From Callorhinchus milii (Eukaryota): a stretch of 64,000 nucleotides of DNA. Location of the stretch: positions 85,996,001-86,060,000 of the forward strand of contig NW_024704743.1 in the NCBI RefSeq assembly GCF_018977255.1, given 5' to 3'. Positions 48,351 to 59,136 of the stretch are shown here, piece by piece; the stretch's first letter is position 1; each line of letters opens with the position of its first letter. The notes under the pieces were generated by a model, which was given only the letters and a program-made list of their open reading frames with translations, was not told where the DNA came from and made no database searches. The position numbers and the translations under genes were made by a program.

Positions 48351-49150
48351 GTAAAGCATTAGTGGGAGGATGCGAGCCCTGTACCAGCCCCTCCTCTCCT
48401 CTCCTCTCCTCCTGCCTCCCGCACCGACGCCAGCCCCGGGCCGGGGCCCTGTCGCGGGATGGATGCCACATGTGCGGGAGGAGGGGAGGAGAGCAGAGGA
48501 GAGGCCTCGGGCTCGCGGGCAGGTCCGCGGTCACTCTTCTTATTCTTATTGTGTATTTATTTTATTTTCGCTGTTGTTTATGTTGTTATTTATCTTTTGC
48601 TGCGGTTACTTTCGGGCTTCCCGAGCGACTGGGCTTCACCCCGGGGCTGTTTCCTCTCTCTCCCTCTCCCTCCCTCTCCCTCTCTCTCTTCTTCATAGGA
48701 TTGGGTTCTTTTTTGGTTCCCCAATATCTTCTGACATCTCATTGTGGCTCGTTCCTGGTTATTCAAAGTACTCTTCCCTCTTCCTCCCCCTCACGCCTAC
48801 ACACAGAGTTTTGGGGGAATGGAAAGTTCTGCCGCTCTCCGTGTATTGGTACTTGAGATGATTTATTCCATTTTTAAGTGGATCAATGATTAATAAATCT
48901 TTTTGTCTTGTGTTTTCTTACCCATGATTTGAACTAGAACTCAAAGGCACCTTCAGATTGGCGAGATACTTGGCCGTGACCTAAAGTAGACGGTGACCGA
49001 AATGAACTTTAAAGAAGCTGTAATGGAAATCAATAGGTTTTGATGCTTTTTGACACCGAAGTACAATATAAGTTTTCAAATGGGACTTTTATGTGAAGGC
49101 TCTATTGCAGGGCGGTACTATTTTGGAATCCATTCTTCCAATCGTTAATT

Positions 49151-49430
49151 TGGAAACCCATCACCATCCAACCAGTCTCAAGAGTTTCACATATGAATAC
49201 TCCATGTATGAATATGAATTCACATATGTATAAGTATTCATGTATCTAGAATAGAAAATGCATTCTCTCTCCAGAGACAAGCAGCCTCCTTACCTAAAAG
49301 TATTTGGCACAGGTTGGCAAATCCAATACTTGGGGATCACGGGGTATCACATAGCTTGCCAATGTGAACACTGCCTCCCTCGCAAGCTGTCTTGGACACC
49401 CTACCCATTGGGGCTTTGGTTTGAAGAATC
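49151..49430 (-). repeat. Unclassified repeat family copy in EIF3E intron 1
   Basis: ggaaacccatcaccat...acatagcttgccaat...accctacccattggggctttgg. Confidence 0.65.
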
Positions 49431-49770
49431 CCTGCTTCTACATTTTTTTGTGGTTAGCCGGGTGCCTGATGCATGCGGAAACCCATCACCACTGTGTCAG
49501 ATACCCGGCTGATCGAAAAAAATCTACCTGTTGCATTTGTGGAACATCACAATAAGCAGTAATATTACTATACGGTATAGTTTTATGAATTTGCTGAAAA
49601 TAATTAGTGAACCTAACTAAAGTAGACTGTACTCAAACTCCAATCTTGAAGGTTAGGAGCAACTTCATTTTGTCTTTTTTAAAGCAAAAAAGCTCCTGTT
49701 AATGGCCAATTGTACAACTAATCAAATAAGTGATCATAGTTTGCCAGGTTGTTATTGATGTGAATACATA

Positions 49771-50170
49771 CAGTGGAGCCCTCTTCTAAGGTAATAGCTG
49801 GGGGCTCATAAAATCCCAACCAGCCTTGTAAAAAAAGTGAGAGATCACTAGTCAGCGGTTCTGAATCGTGCTGTTGCCCATCACACAACTGATGACATCA
49901 CTGTCATGCACACTGATTGCTTGCTAACTCCATCAGTGTGTATCACACATCAAATTGAGAAGTCTACCTTCAAAACACATTGCGCTTCATGCAGTGTCAG
50001 GCTTCAAAACATATAGTCGTGTGATCATGAGTTTTGTAGTGGGACATTGCTTTTTGTCTGGTTTTCTATGCAAATTTTTTATACTTTGCTAAATATAATG
50101 TTGGGGTCCACACCCCGATTGCACTGTAATTGGCGTGCATTCTAACTAAGTGAGTGATAACAGAGTTCTG
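49771..50170. mobile_element. Possible Tigger/pogo-like DNA element remnant
   Basis: TA-CAGTGGAGCCCTC left end and a degraded ...ataacagagttctg-TA right end. Confidence 0.35.
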
Positions 50171-51230
50171 TATCAGTCAGAACTAGGCAAGCCAAAGAAT
50201 TAATCCTGCCATATGTACAAGTCAGAGGTGTTTTGGGAGAGCAAGAGTGCGCAGAAACTCCTTGGATTCAAACTGAAAATAATATTGGTTCACACACTAA
50301 GGAGTAAAGAGAATTACAATTACAATCAACCAATGTGCTTGTCTGATGCAATAGACTAAATGGATTTTAATACAACCTTAATTGTGCATGGGTTTCAAAA
50401 ACTACAACTATTTGAATATAGCATCTGTAGAAAGATTTCAGTTTCTCATACATATTTATCAGCAGTGCTCTTCTCATAGTGTGTTGTTTTAATTTTTGAC
50501 TTCCTGTTTCATTTGTCTTATGTTGACTGATTTTTCAGTGAAATTAAAAATGCTACAAGTGTCATAAAAGTCACACACGACTGACAAAAACTATTAGCAG
50601 TTCTTGTATATGCAGACAATCACAGAAAAAAAGCACACTAGTTTAACCCTATTCTTATAGTAACTGGCTATGAATTAAACTCTTAACTAATGCTATCTAT
50701 TTTCAAGGGCTGTCAGTGTATTAACACTGGCATATTCTCAAGTAGAATTATAATCAATCTGTTATCTAAAAATCTTTATTTGTAAGATGAAGAGTAGGGT
50801 TTAGTAAAGCATGATGTTAGAGGTATGAAATGTTTTCCATCTAGGTGAAGCATGATGGGTTGGCTTTTTTAATTGTCTCCTTGAACATTGTTGAAAATAT
50901 CCAGTTAATATACCACCAATGATGATTGTGGCTTAAGACCTTGACCTTCCATGTACCACCAGGATTTGGTTTTGAATCCAGTTCACAATGATGGCATAGA
51001 AATCTTCTTTTGGGTGTATGAGGCGTACATTAATTTTTGTGCCATCTCCATCCAGTTCATGGGCAAAAGTGCTTTTTGTGGTTTTTGTTGAGATATATTC
51101 TGTGGACAAAGTCGTGAGAATTTATTTGTGTCTGAAATTTAAGATAATGCCACCTTAAAGTATATAAAATGTTTCCCCCTCCCATTTGTTTAAAATTAAA
51201 AATCGTAATATTAGACCGACACGTTACTGT

Positions 51231-51787
51231 AATAATAAATAATAATAATCCTTGCATTTGATATAGCGCCTTATCACATCTTTGAGACGTCTCAAAGGGC
51301 TTCACAGAATTTACTGTAAAGTAAATTGACTGTATATTTTGTAGGCGAAACGCACAGCCATCTGCGCACAGCAGTGTCCCTCAAACAGTCATGAATTGAA
51401 GTGACCAAAAGCGATCAGCCAATCGACTAACATCTGGGTTCCTACATACTGCTAGGTAAACAGAGGCGTGTGGAGTAATAATAATAATAATCCTTGCATT
51501 TGATATAGCGCTTTTCACGTCGGGAGGACGTCCCAAAGCTCTTCACAGAATATACTGTAAAGTGAATTGACTGTATATTTGTGGGCGAACGCGGCAGCCA
51601 ATTGCGCACAGCAATGTCCCACAAACAGTCGTAGATTGAAAATGACCAATTTATTATTGTTTTGGGTTTTTGGAGGGATTATTATTAGGCGTGTGGAGTA
51701 AGGAAACTTGACCAACGTTTCGCCCTGCCTGGAATTGAACTCAGGTCTCTCACTTGCGAGGCGAGAGCTCTAACTACTGAGCTACAG
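51231..51787 (-). mobile_element. Tandem/nested SINE pair (older copy 51231-51478, younger copy 51476-51787)
   Basis: Two tails and two bodies but only one tRNA-like head. Confidence 0.9.
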
Positions 51788-51854
51788 TTTAATGGATTGA
51801 ACAAACATTAAAAGTCTCTGAATTACTTACTATAACATTATACAGTAATTATCT

Positions 51855-52275
51855 TGGCTCAGTTGTAAGCACACTTCCATCTGGATCAGGAGATTGTGTG
51901 TTGAAACCCAACTTTAGAAACTTTGAGTTTGCAGGCGAGGTTAACACCCCAGCGCAGTATTGGGAGAGCATTTCATTGTCAGCGATGCCATCTTTCTTTG
52001 AGACGTTAAACTAAAGTCCTATCTATCTGTTGAGCTGAATGTTAAAGAACTCCTGACGCTATTCAAAAAGACAAAGGAATTTCTGCCAGTGTTTCTTGGC
52101 CAATAGTACTCCAAACTAGTTTGTTATTAACCTCCTGGCAGTTTGTGGGAGTTTGTATTCAAAGTGACTGCCATTTTTATCTACAAATACACAGTCACTA
52201 CACTTAATGGTAATTACTGTGAAGTGCTTTGAGATATTTTTACTACAGTGCTATATCAAATGCAGGTTATTATTA
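51855..52275 (+). mobile_element. Old DeuSINE-like element, full length
   Basis: TGGCTCAGTTG head; gatgccatctttctttgagacgttaaac centre; tail tgtgaagtgctttgaga...tatatcaaatgcagg. Confidence 0.78.
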
Positions 52276-52522
52276 TAAAGCTATTAGTTTAAATATTTGT
52301 ATTAATGCAGTAGTAGTTTTCTTACTTTGATATTCTTAGTGTAAACGTGCATAAGCTAACTGTTACTGGTATTAATGAACAGAATTGTGCAATATACAGA
52401 CCGGAGTCTTCAATCTACCGATCTCGGGCTAAGACTAATTCTGGTTTTAGATTTTGATGGAATTTGATGTGGGGTTCAATGTTCTTATTTAAAATGGTAC
52501 TGTGACTCTTCTGTTGCAACAG

Positions 52523-52640
52523 ATTTACAATGAAAAAGAACTTCTCCAGGGTAAACTGGATCTTCTCAGTGACACAAACATGGTTGACTTTGCCATGGAC
52601 GTGTACAAGAACTTGTATTCAGATAAGGAAATCCCTCAAG
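52523..52640 (+). CDS. EIF3E: EIF3E coding exon 2
   Basis: Acceptor ...ttctgttgcaacag. Translates [39 protein letters not shown] plus 1 nt, then donor GTGAGT. Length 118 nt. Confidence 0.98.
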
Positions 52641-53834
52641 GTGAGTAACATTCAGCATGTCAAATGGATTTAGAAATTGACTGGTAAAAATGCAATTCTA
52701 AATTTAATGGACAGTTGTGAAGTTTGTCATTCACAGTCTTATGAATAAATATCAATAATGTAACTCAACCACTAAAATCTTATCTGTTCATGAATATTCA
52801 AATTTGGTCGCCAATTCTGGTAAAGTTATAACAAACTCGACAAAAGCACTTGATGTGGAGTTGATTTAATCTCTTTAAAAATGAACTGGCTGAGCAACCG
52901 GTTGAGAACAGTATTGGAGGTCATAGGTGTAGACTGACATCAACAAGTACTCCACAATGCCCCAAATTTCATCTGGTCATGGTTTGTAAGACCATTTTGC
53001 CTTAAAATGTAAGATTGTGATGAATTGTTGAAAATTTTTAAATTCATTATTTATTTCGAAAAGTATTCCTTTTAAGAAGCTGGAGAAGAGATTCCAAATT
53101 AGGACTGAATTGAATAACTTTCAATATTCCTGCACCATCATTACATTTTAGGACAGTATAGTCCTACAGGCTAAGTGACATTTCATAGCCATCAATTGTA
53201 TTGTGCTTGGAATCAATAGAGAGAAAAAGGATGTTTGTAGATGGAAATGACAAGGAAATTTTCCTCGATTACCTTTGGAGATCAATTGCAGAACTTTTCC
53301 TCAAGAGTTTATTGGAATGGAGTCCAAGGGTTTGGATGGTCCATAAGGAGTAGACTAGTTGGGATAAAAGGCCGTTTCTACTTTATCTGTTTTGTTCTTG
53401 AATCAATTTGACATGAAAACGTTCCCAGATTGGGTGCGCTGCTTCATAATTTACAGGGATCAAGGGCCTTATTTCCTGCTTGTTTAGTACTTATTGCTGC
53501 TATTTGATGATTGCATGACTCAAGTTACTGGCAGTGCTTGTTTAAGATGTTGTGTATTGTAATGTCCATTGCATCTTGTGGTGAATGTACACAGTTAGTG
53601 CCAGAAAACTGTCTAAAGTAACTTTGCCAGATGTTCTGAATACCCTTCCAAAATGCTTCAATAGAAGTAATTTGCCTTTACCTGTAGTGTGCATAGGGAG
53701 GCACAGTTTTAAAACATTGAAATATGATGTGTAAAGTTTTCTTTTTGCATTTCAATGCTTAAAATGATCGAGCTCAGACTTGGAACCTTTTGTTTGTTTG
53801 ACCCCATAAACCATTCTCTTTGTTTGAATTTTAG

Positions 53835-53952
53835 CTCTGAGAGAAAAGCGTACGACTGTGGTTGCACAACTGAAGCAGCTCCAGTCTGAAACTGAACCAA
53901 TTGTGAAGATGTTTGAGGACCCAGAAACTACAAGGCAAATGCAATCTACCAG
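53835..53952 (+). CDS. EIF3E: EIF3E coding exon 3 (gene continues beyond the last recognisable exon)
   Basis: Acceptor ...gaattttag. Translates (A)[38 protein letters not shown](R), then donor GTAGGT. Phase is consistent with exon 2. Confidence 0.98.
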
Positions 53953-54132
53953 GTAGGTGGCAACAGATTTGTGCAGATAATGGAAATTAAGTCATACCCA
54001 AGAGTTATTTGTTAGTAACTTTTGCAGCTATTTAAATGGAAGGAACTTCTTGTCAGCAATCTTAGTTGGTTTTAAAGCCTTCTCCCAGAGTTATTAATGG
54101 AAAATAGTTTAATATTTTGTGGTACCTATCTT

Positions 54133-54438
54133 ATAATAATAATAATCCTTGCATTTGATATAGCGCTTTTCACGTCGGGAGGACGTCCCAAAGCGCTTCA
54201 CGGAACACGGAATTGACTGTATATTTGTGGACAAACGCGGCAGCCAATTGCGCAGAGCAATGTCCCACAAACAGTCGTGGATTGAAAATGACCAATTTAT
54301 TATTTTTTGGGTTTTGGAGGGATTATTATTAGGCGTGTGGAGTAAGGAAACTTGCCCAAGGTTTCGCCCTCTCCCTGGAATTGAACTCAGGTCTCTCGCT
54401 TGCAAAGCGAGTACTCTAACCACTGAGCTACAGGACTC
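54133..54438 (-). mobile_element. Full-length young SINE in EIF3E intron 3
   Basis: Complete head, body (with a small deletion) and tail. Confidence 0.92.
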
Positions 54439-54679
54439 AATCTTCTCCTGAGTTGGAATTTTATTGAGGGTTGTTCAATGGGACATTTTGAAGTTGTCTT
54501 GAATGTGACTGGTATTTAATAGAGGATACATGATGAGGAACTGTGGAATACAGAATAGCCTTCATTTTTGAATGTTGTCAGTGAGCAGGCTGCATCCCTC
54601 CATGAAGAGAGACATTTCATTCCAGACATAGCATATTTTCCATGTCTAGGTAGGATACATATACAGAACTTTGTCTGCA

Positions 54680-54850
54680 ACAACAACTTACATTGATAGC
54701 ACTACTCACGCAGGGAAACGTCCCAGAGCGCTTGACAGTGGCAGAGCATAACGCCAAGCTGGAGGGAGGGAGATCGTGACCGTAGGCACAGTCGAAGAGG
54801 AAGGTCTTCAGGCGAAACCTGAAGATGGGGAAGGAAGGGGCAAGGCGGAA
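54680..54850 (-). mobile_element. L2 3' tail fragment
   Basis: FRLKTFLF followed by an L2-type tail. Confidence 0.75.
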
Positions 54851-54944
54851 TTTGTACACTTAAGCATGGTGATTGGTTTCTACAGTGTCAGACACTTGGC
54901 TGACCAAAAACATTAATAAACCAGTGTGGGGCCAATCTTATTAA

Positions 54945-55290
54945 TATTAATAATTATCTTTGCAATTGTTATAACACCTTTCCCATCAGGAGGACATCTC
55001 TTAAGTGCTTCACAAGATTTACTATAAAGTGTTGTCACTGTGTATTTTGTAGTTGAATGCTGCAGCCAATATGCTCACAGCACAGCAACGCTTCACAAAC
55101 AACTATGAAGTGAATGACCAGTATTATCGGGGGCCACATACTGAGAGAAACTCTTTGTTTTTCGAGAGGTGCCATGGGACTGTTAACATCCACCTGACTA
55201 GTCGGTTTAATGATTCATCCCAAGAAGACACCTCCAACAATATAGCACATTCCCGGCACTACATAGTATTACACAATAAAGCGGCATTGA
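54945..55290 (-). mobile_element. Old DeuSINE-like element
   Basis: Tail, gcagccaat...cacaaac and gtgccatgggac...ttaacatccacctga. Confidence 0.68.
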
Positions 55291-56294
55291 GAAGCTAGTT
55301 GTCCTCTGGTACCGCTCCTGAGTGACCTCTGGTACCTCTCCTGTGTTCCTCTATATATGAACTTTTGATTGCTTGGAAGTGCATGAAAGCAGTCTAGGTA
55401 AGCAGCCCACTGACTCTTCCTCTCTGGAGAGGCTTGAGGCCTCTTCAGGTGTTGGTATGAATTTGTTCTGCCACTCCATGACACTGCAGCATGTTAGTTA
55501 AACGCTACAGTAAAGCTTGCAGAAGTCTTATCTTAAGAAGTCTTCAATTGTATAATTGCCTAAGTGGTACATTCACCCGAATACCGTTCAGTTTTCTTTC
55601 AAAACCGCTTAGGCTTCTTTGTTACTCTCGATTACTCCTGCACTTACACATTGAATCATAGGAAATGACGTCCTAACCCATCAACGCATGTTCACTTAGC
55701 GGCCGGCTACATTGAATCACGGGAAATGTAGTATTGATCCATCGCCACATGCGGAGAAGAACTTCATTTCCTGTGATACAATGCACTTCCAAGTGCTTAT
55801 GCGGCATTTTTTTCAAGACATTGCGTTTTGGCCACACGATACATAATCAATCCACTTTACAGTATATTCTGTGAAGCGCTTTGAGACATCTCAATGACAT
55901 GATAGCCTGTTGTATCAAATGCAAGTATTATTAAGTTGCATCCCAGGAAATGTAGTCTTGATCCTTCACTGCATACGTACTTGCTGGCTGTGCTTTTGCT
56001 GGCTGCATTGACAAACTGCCACTTGCACACTTACTGGTTGCATTGAATTATGCACGCGCAAGTGTAGGTTATTGATTAAATTGAATTTTATACGATTTAT
56101 ACAGTTTGCCTGCAACTCAGATTACGCTTTTGTCATATTAAACATTATGGTCCCGACTGATACAACTTATGTGAATTTTACTGTACGCCATTATGCTTCT
56201 ATTGGAATTTTTATTTTCTTTGAATGTTTCAGGATATGGGTAGTGTTCAGTTTGCCCTGCTAGTTTAATTTTCTTGATATAAAGACACACAAGG

Positions 56295-56990
56295 TACCAT
56301 AGAAGTTGATGGCACAGGAGAAAGACATTCAGCCCATTGTGTTTGCCAGCTCCCTTGAAAGCAGTCCTTTCAGTCCCATTTCCTGCCCTTTCCCCATACC
56401 CTGAGGCTGAATCGTTTTAAGACACTTTCTTGAAGGCTTGTTGAAGGCCAATATGGATCACGCCTCAATCACTTCTGGCAGGGCATTCCATATCCTAACT
56501 ATTCAGTGTGTGTAAAAAAAATTCTCCTAACTTTTCCATTTACTAATTTCCTTTGGATGAGGCAATAAACCAAGGTCCCATCTACTTGTTTAGGTGGTTG
56601 TTAAAGATCTCATGTCACAAATCGAAAAGAGAAGTGAGTTTCTTCCAGTATCCTGGCCAATAAATCCCCCAAATAAAATTGGTCATTGGTTGTTTGTCAT
56701 GGCTGCTTGTGGGACTTTGCTGTGTCCAAATTACCTGCTGCGTTACCCGCATAAAATGCACAGACAATCTACTTCACAGAATATACTGTGAAGTGCTTTG
56801 AGATGTCTTGAAGTTCTGATAAGGCACTGTATCAAATGCAAGGATTTTTATTATTACCATCTTAAATTGATGCCCTAGAGTCATTGACTGACCCGGCAGT
56901 GGAAATAATTTCTTCCAATTGACTCTATCAAAACTCCTCATAATTTTATAAAGATCTCTCTCAGGTCACCTCAACCTTCTTTGTTCTCAG
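56295..56990 (-). mobile_element. CR1 3' end with a nested + strand DeuSINE 3' part (about 56550-56855)
   Basis: CR1 3' UTR and ggcattccat...aaaaaattctcc lie on the left; ggcagtggaaataat...caggtcacc lies on the right. Confidence 0.75.
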
Positions 56991-58840
56991 TAAGATGGGA
57001 AATGAACCTAAAACTGAAGACAAAGGAGTGGGATACTGCCAGCAAAAGGGTATGATGGAAAAAGTTGAGCCTTATTTTCATGGGCATTTGGTTATTCAGA
57101 AAATAAAAGGAGCTCTTTTACTGTGTACTAATTGAATTTAGTTTACATTGTTTCCAAGGGCTTTTCTCTTATTGAACTTTTCTGCTTTTTAGTTGCAAAC
57201 CTGTCCATAAATTCCTGGTTTAAATTATGAATAGTGCTGGTATATGGCTTAACATAGAATAATGGTTAGTGTTTATATAAAAACACATACAATTCATGTA
57301 ATTATTCTTGTAACAACCGATGCATCAAAGGGAGTATTTCATTGAAGGTTGTCATTATCAGGTACCAACAGATTGTTGAGTTTTAGGGGTAAAATGAAAC
57401 CTGCAATGGCTGTTTGTTTAAAGTAAGAAGCTAGACTAAATGTAGTATGTCAGTGTAGCAAGCCACATCAATCACACTTTGAGAGTCGAGAGCTTTCTTC
57501 CCAAAAGATATCCCTTACAACTAAACGTTAGTCTGTGTTGAAAACTCATAGACAAATCGAAATTGACCTAATTTGATTGCCAAGAAATTAAGATTTAGTC
57601 TTCCACAAAATATGCGAAACAATTTTAGAGTGAGTTTGAAGTCTGGTGATGCTGTCCCGCACTTTCCACTGCGTCTTTCTGTAATGGAATAAATAAGGTT
57701 TAAATGATTTAAAAATACACAAGTCTGTTCAATTGACACCAGAATTTGGAAGGGGAGTGTAATGGCAGGAGGGAAGATTGGTCTAAGTTCCCATTTGCTG
57801 AATTATGCTTTAGAGAGATTTTAGTGCTGGAGCTCAACTTCTCAAAGGTTTGGGGAGAAAATGAACGGCAAGTCAACATACCCTTTTTGTGTGTAGCTTC
57901 AAGCTGCTGACCTAACAGAATTGCATCCTGCAGAAGGTGCTCTCAGTTGTCCAGTCAATATTTGGTAAATTTCAATTCACTTTACAGTATATTCTGTGAA
58001 GCGCTTTGGGACGTCTAGAAGACGTGAAAAGCGCTATATCAAATGCAAGGATTGTTATTATTATTATTCCTGGCTGAAATGGAGGGGAAAGACACAAGTA
58101 TTTCTGGGAGGAATAAGTTATTTATCTGAAGAAAAGTTGGCGAACTAAATTTTGATGTCTAAAAAGCAGTATTCTCAAACTGCAAGATTCTGTTTTAATT
58201 GTAACTTCATTTAGTTTGCGGTGGATGGAAAGTCTGCGAAAATGTCAGCTGCAAAAACAACCTTTCATTGTTGGCATTTGGAATTGACTGTTTGGAGATA
58301 ATTTGTTTGCAAATCACCAGCAATTTCAGGCACAATTAGTGCCGTGACTTCCAGTTAATGAATACTGTCTTTTTAGACAACACTCCTAATTACTAGGGTT
58401 TTAACTTTGTTGTTTCAAAGTGATGAGGTGCCTGTGCACCTGGTTTAGTACTTCTAATAGATATTTTGTTTAGTATTAAAGTGCTGGATAATTCTTGGCA
58501 GTAGATGTATTTATTTCTTTTTTTCCTGATTGTTTCACGTCAGTCCTAGTACAGTAACCGCCCCTACATACTCCAGATATCTGGAATTCATACCTAGGCA
58601 GGCCGGGCAAAAAACTGACTTTTGTGTAGACTCTACCTTGCCAGTCCACTCTCGAAGCACACGCCCCAACCTCACTATCCTTGCTGGCCTTCAGGGTCCA
58701 GGGATATCGACTCAGACTTCTTATTTCCATGTTCTAATTCAACTACTTACTAGTTAGAAACATTGTCAGAAATCTGAAAACTCTTTGTTTCATTTGTCAG
58801 CACTTAACACTATAATTAATATAAGCTGAATAACAGTACA

Positions 58841-59136
58841 TTTTTTGGGGCGTCTGACACACATGGAAACCGATCACCATGCTTAAGAGTGTCAAACCAA
58901 ACTGAGAATTTCTTGCATCCCACCTACACATGGAAATCCCAGTGATAGATTGTTGTAATGGACACATCCTGCTTACCTAATTCTGGAAAATATTAGGTGC
59001 AGGCTGCCCTTAGCTTGCCATTGATATCTCTGTGTGGCAAGCTTTCCCGCTGCTTATCCAGCTGGGACCACCCTACCCATTAGGGCTTTGGCTTGCAGGG
59101 TTATTAACAGGAGCAGAATGGAATGATTCCCTACCC
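58841..59136 (-). repeat. Unclassified repeat family copy (a further partial copy at about 59349-59480)
   Basis: Colinear with 7152-7493. Confidence 0.72.

Larger units (their letters stand above)
48020..48650 (+). promoter_or_regulatory. EIF3E CpG-island, TATA-less promoter
   Basis: Strongly CpG-dense segment spanning exon 1. Contains GC box GGGGCGGGG near 48166, CCAAT at 48180, CRE-like TGACGTA (48217) and TGACGCA (48225), a pyrimidine tract at 48241-48251 and YY1-like AACATGGCGG over the ATG. Confidence 0.88.

Noticed and set aside
48343..48861. ORFs of 160+ aa just after exon 1
   Set aside because: They lie in GC-rich, low-complexity intron 1 sequence with no recognisable domain.
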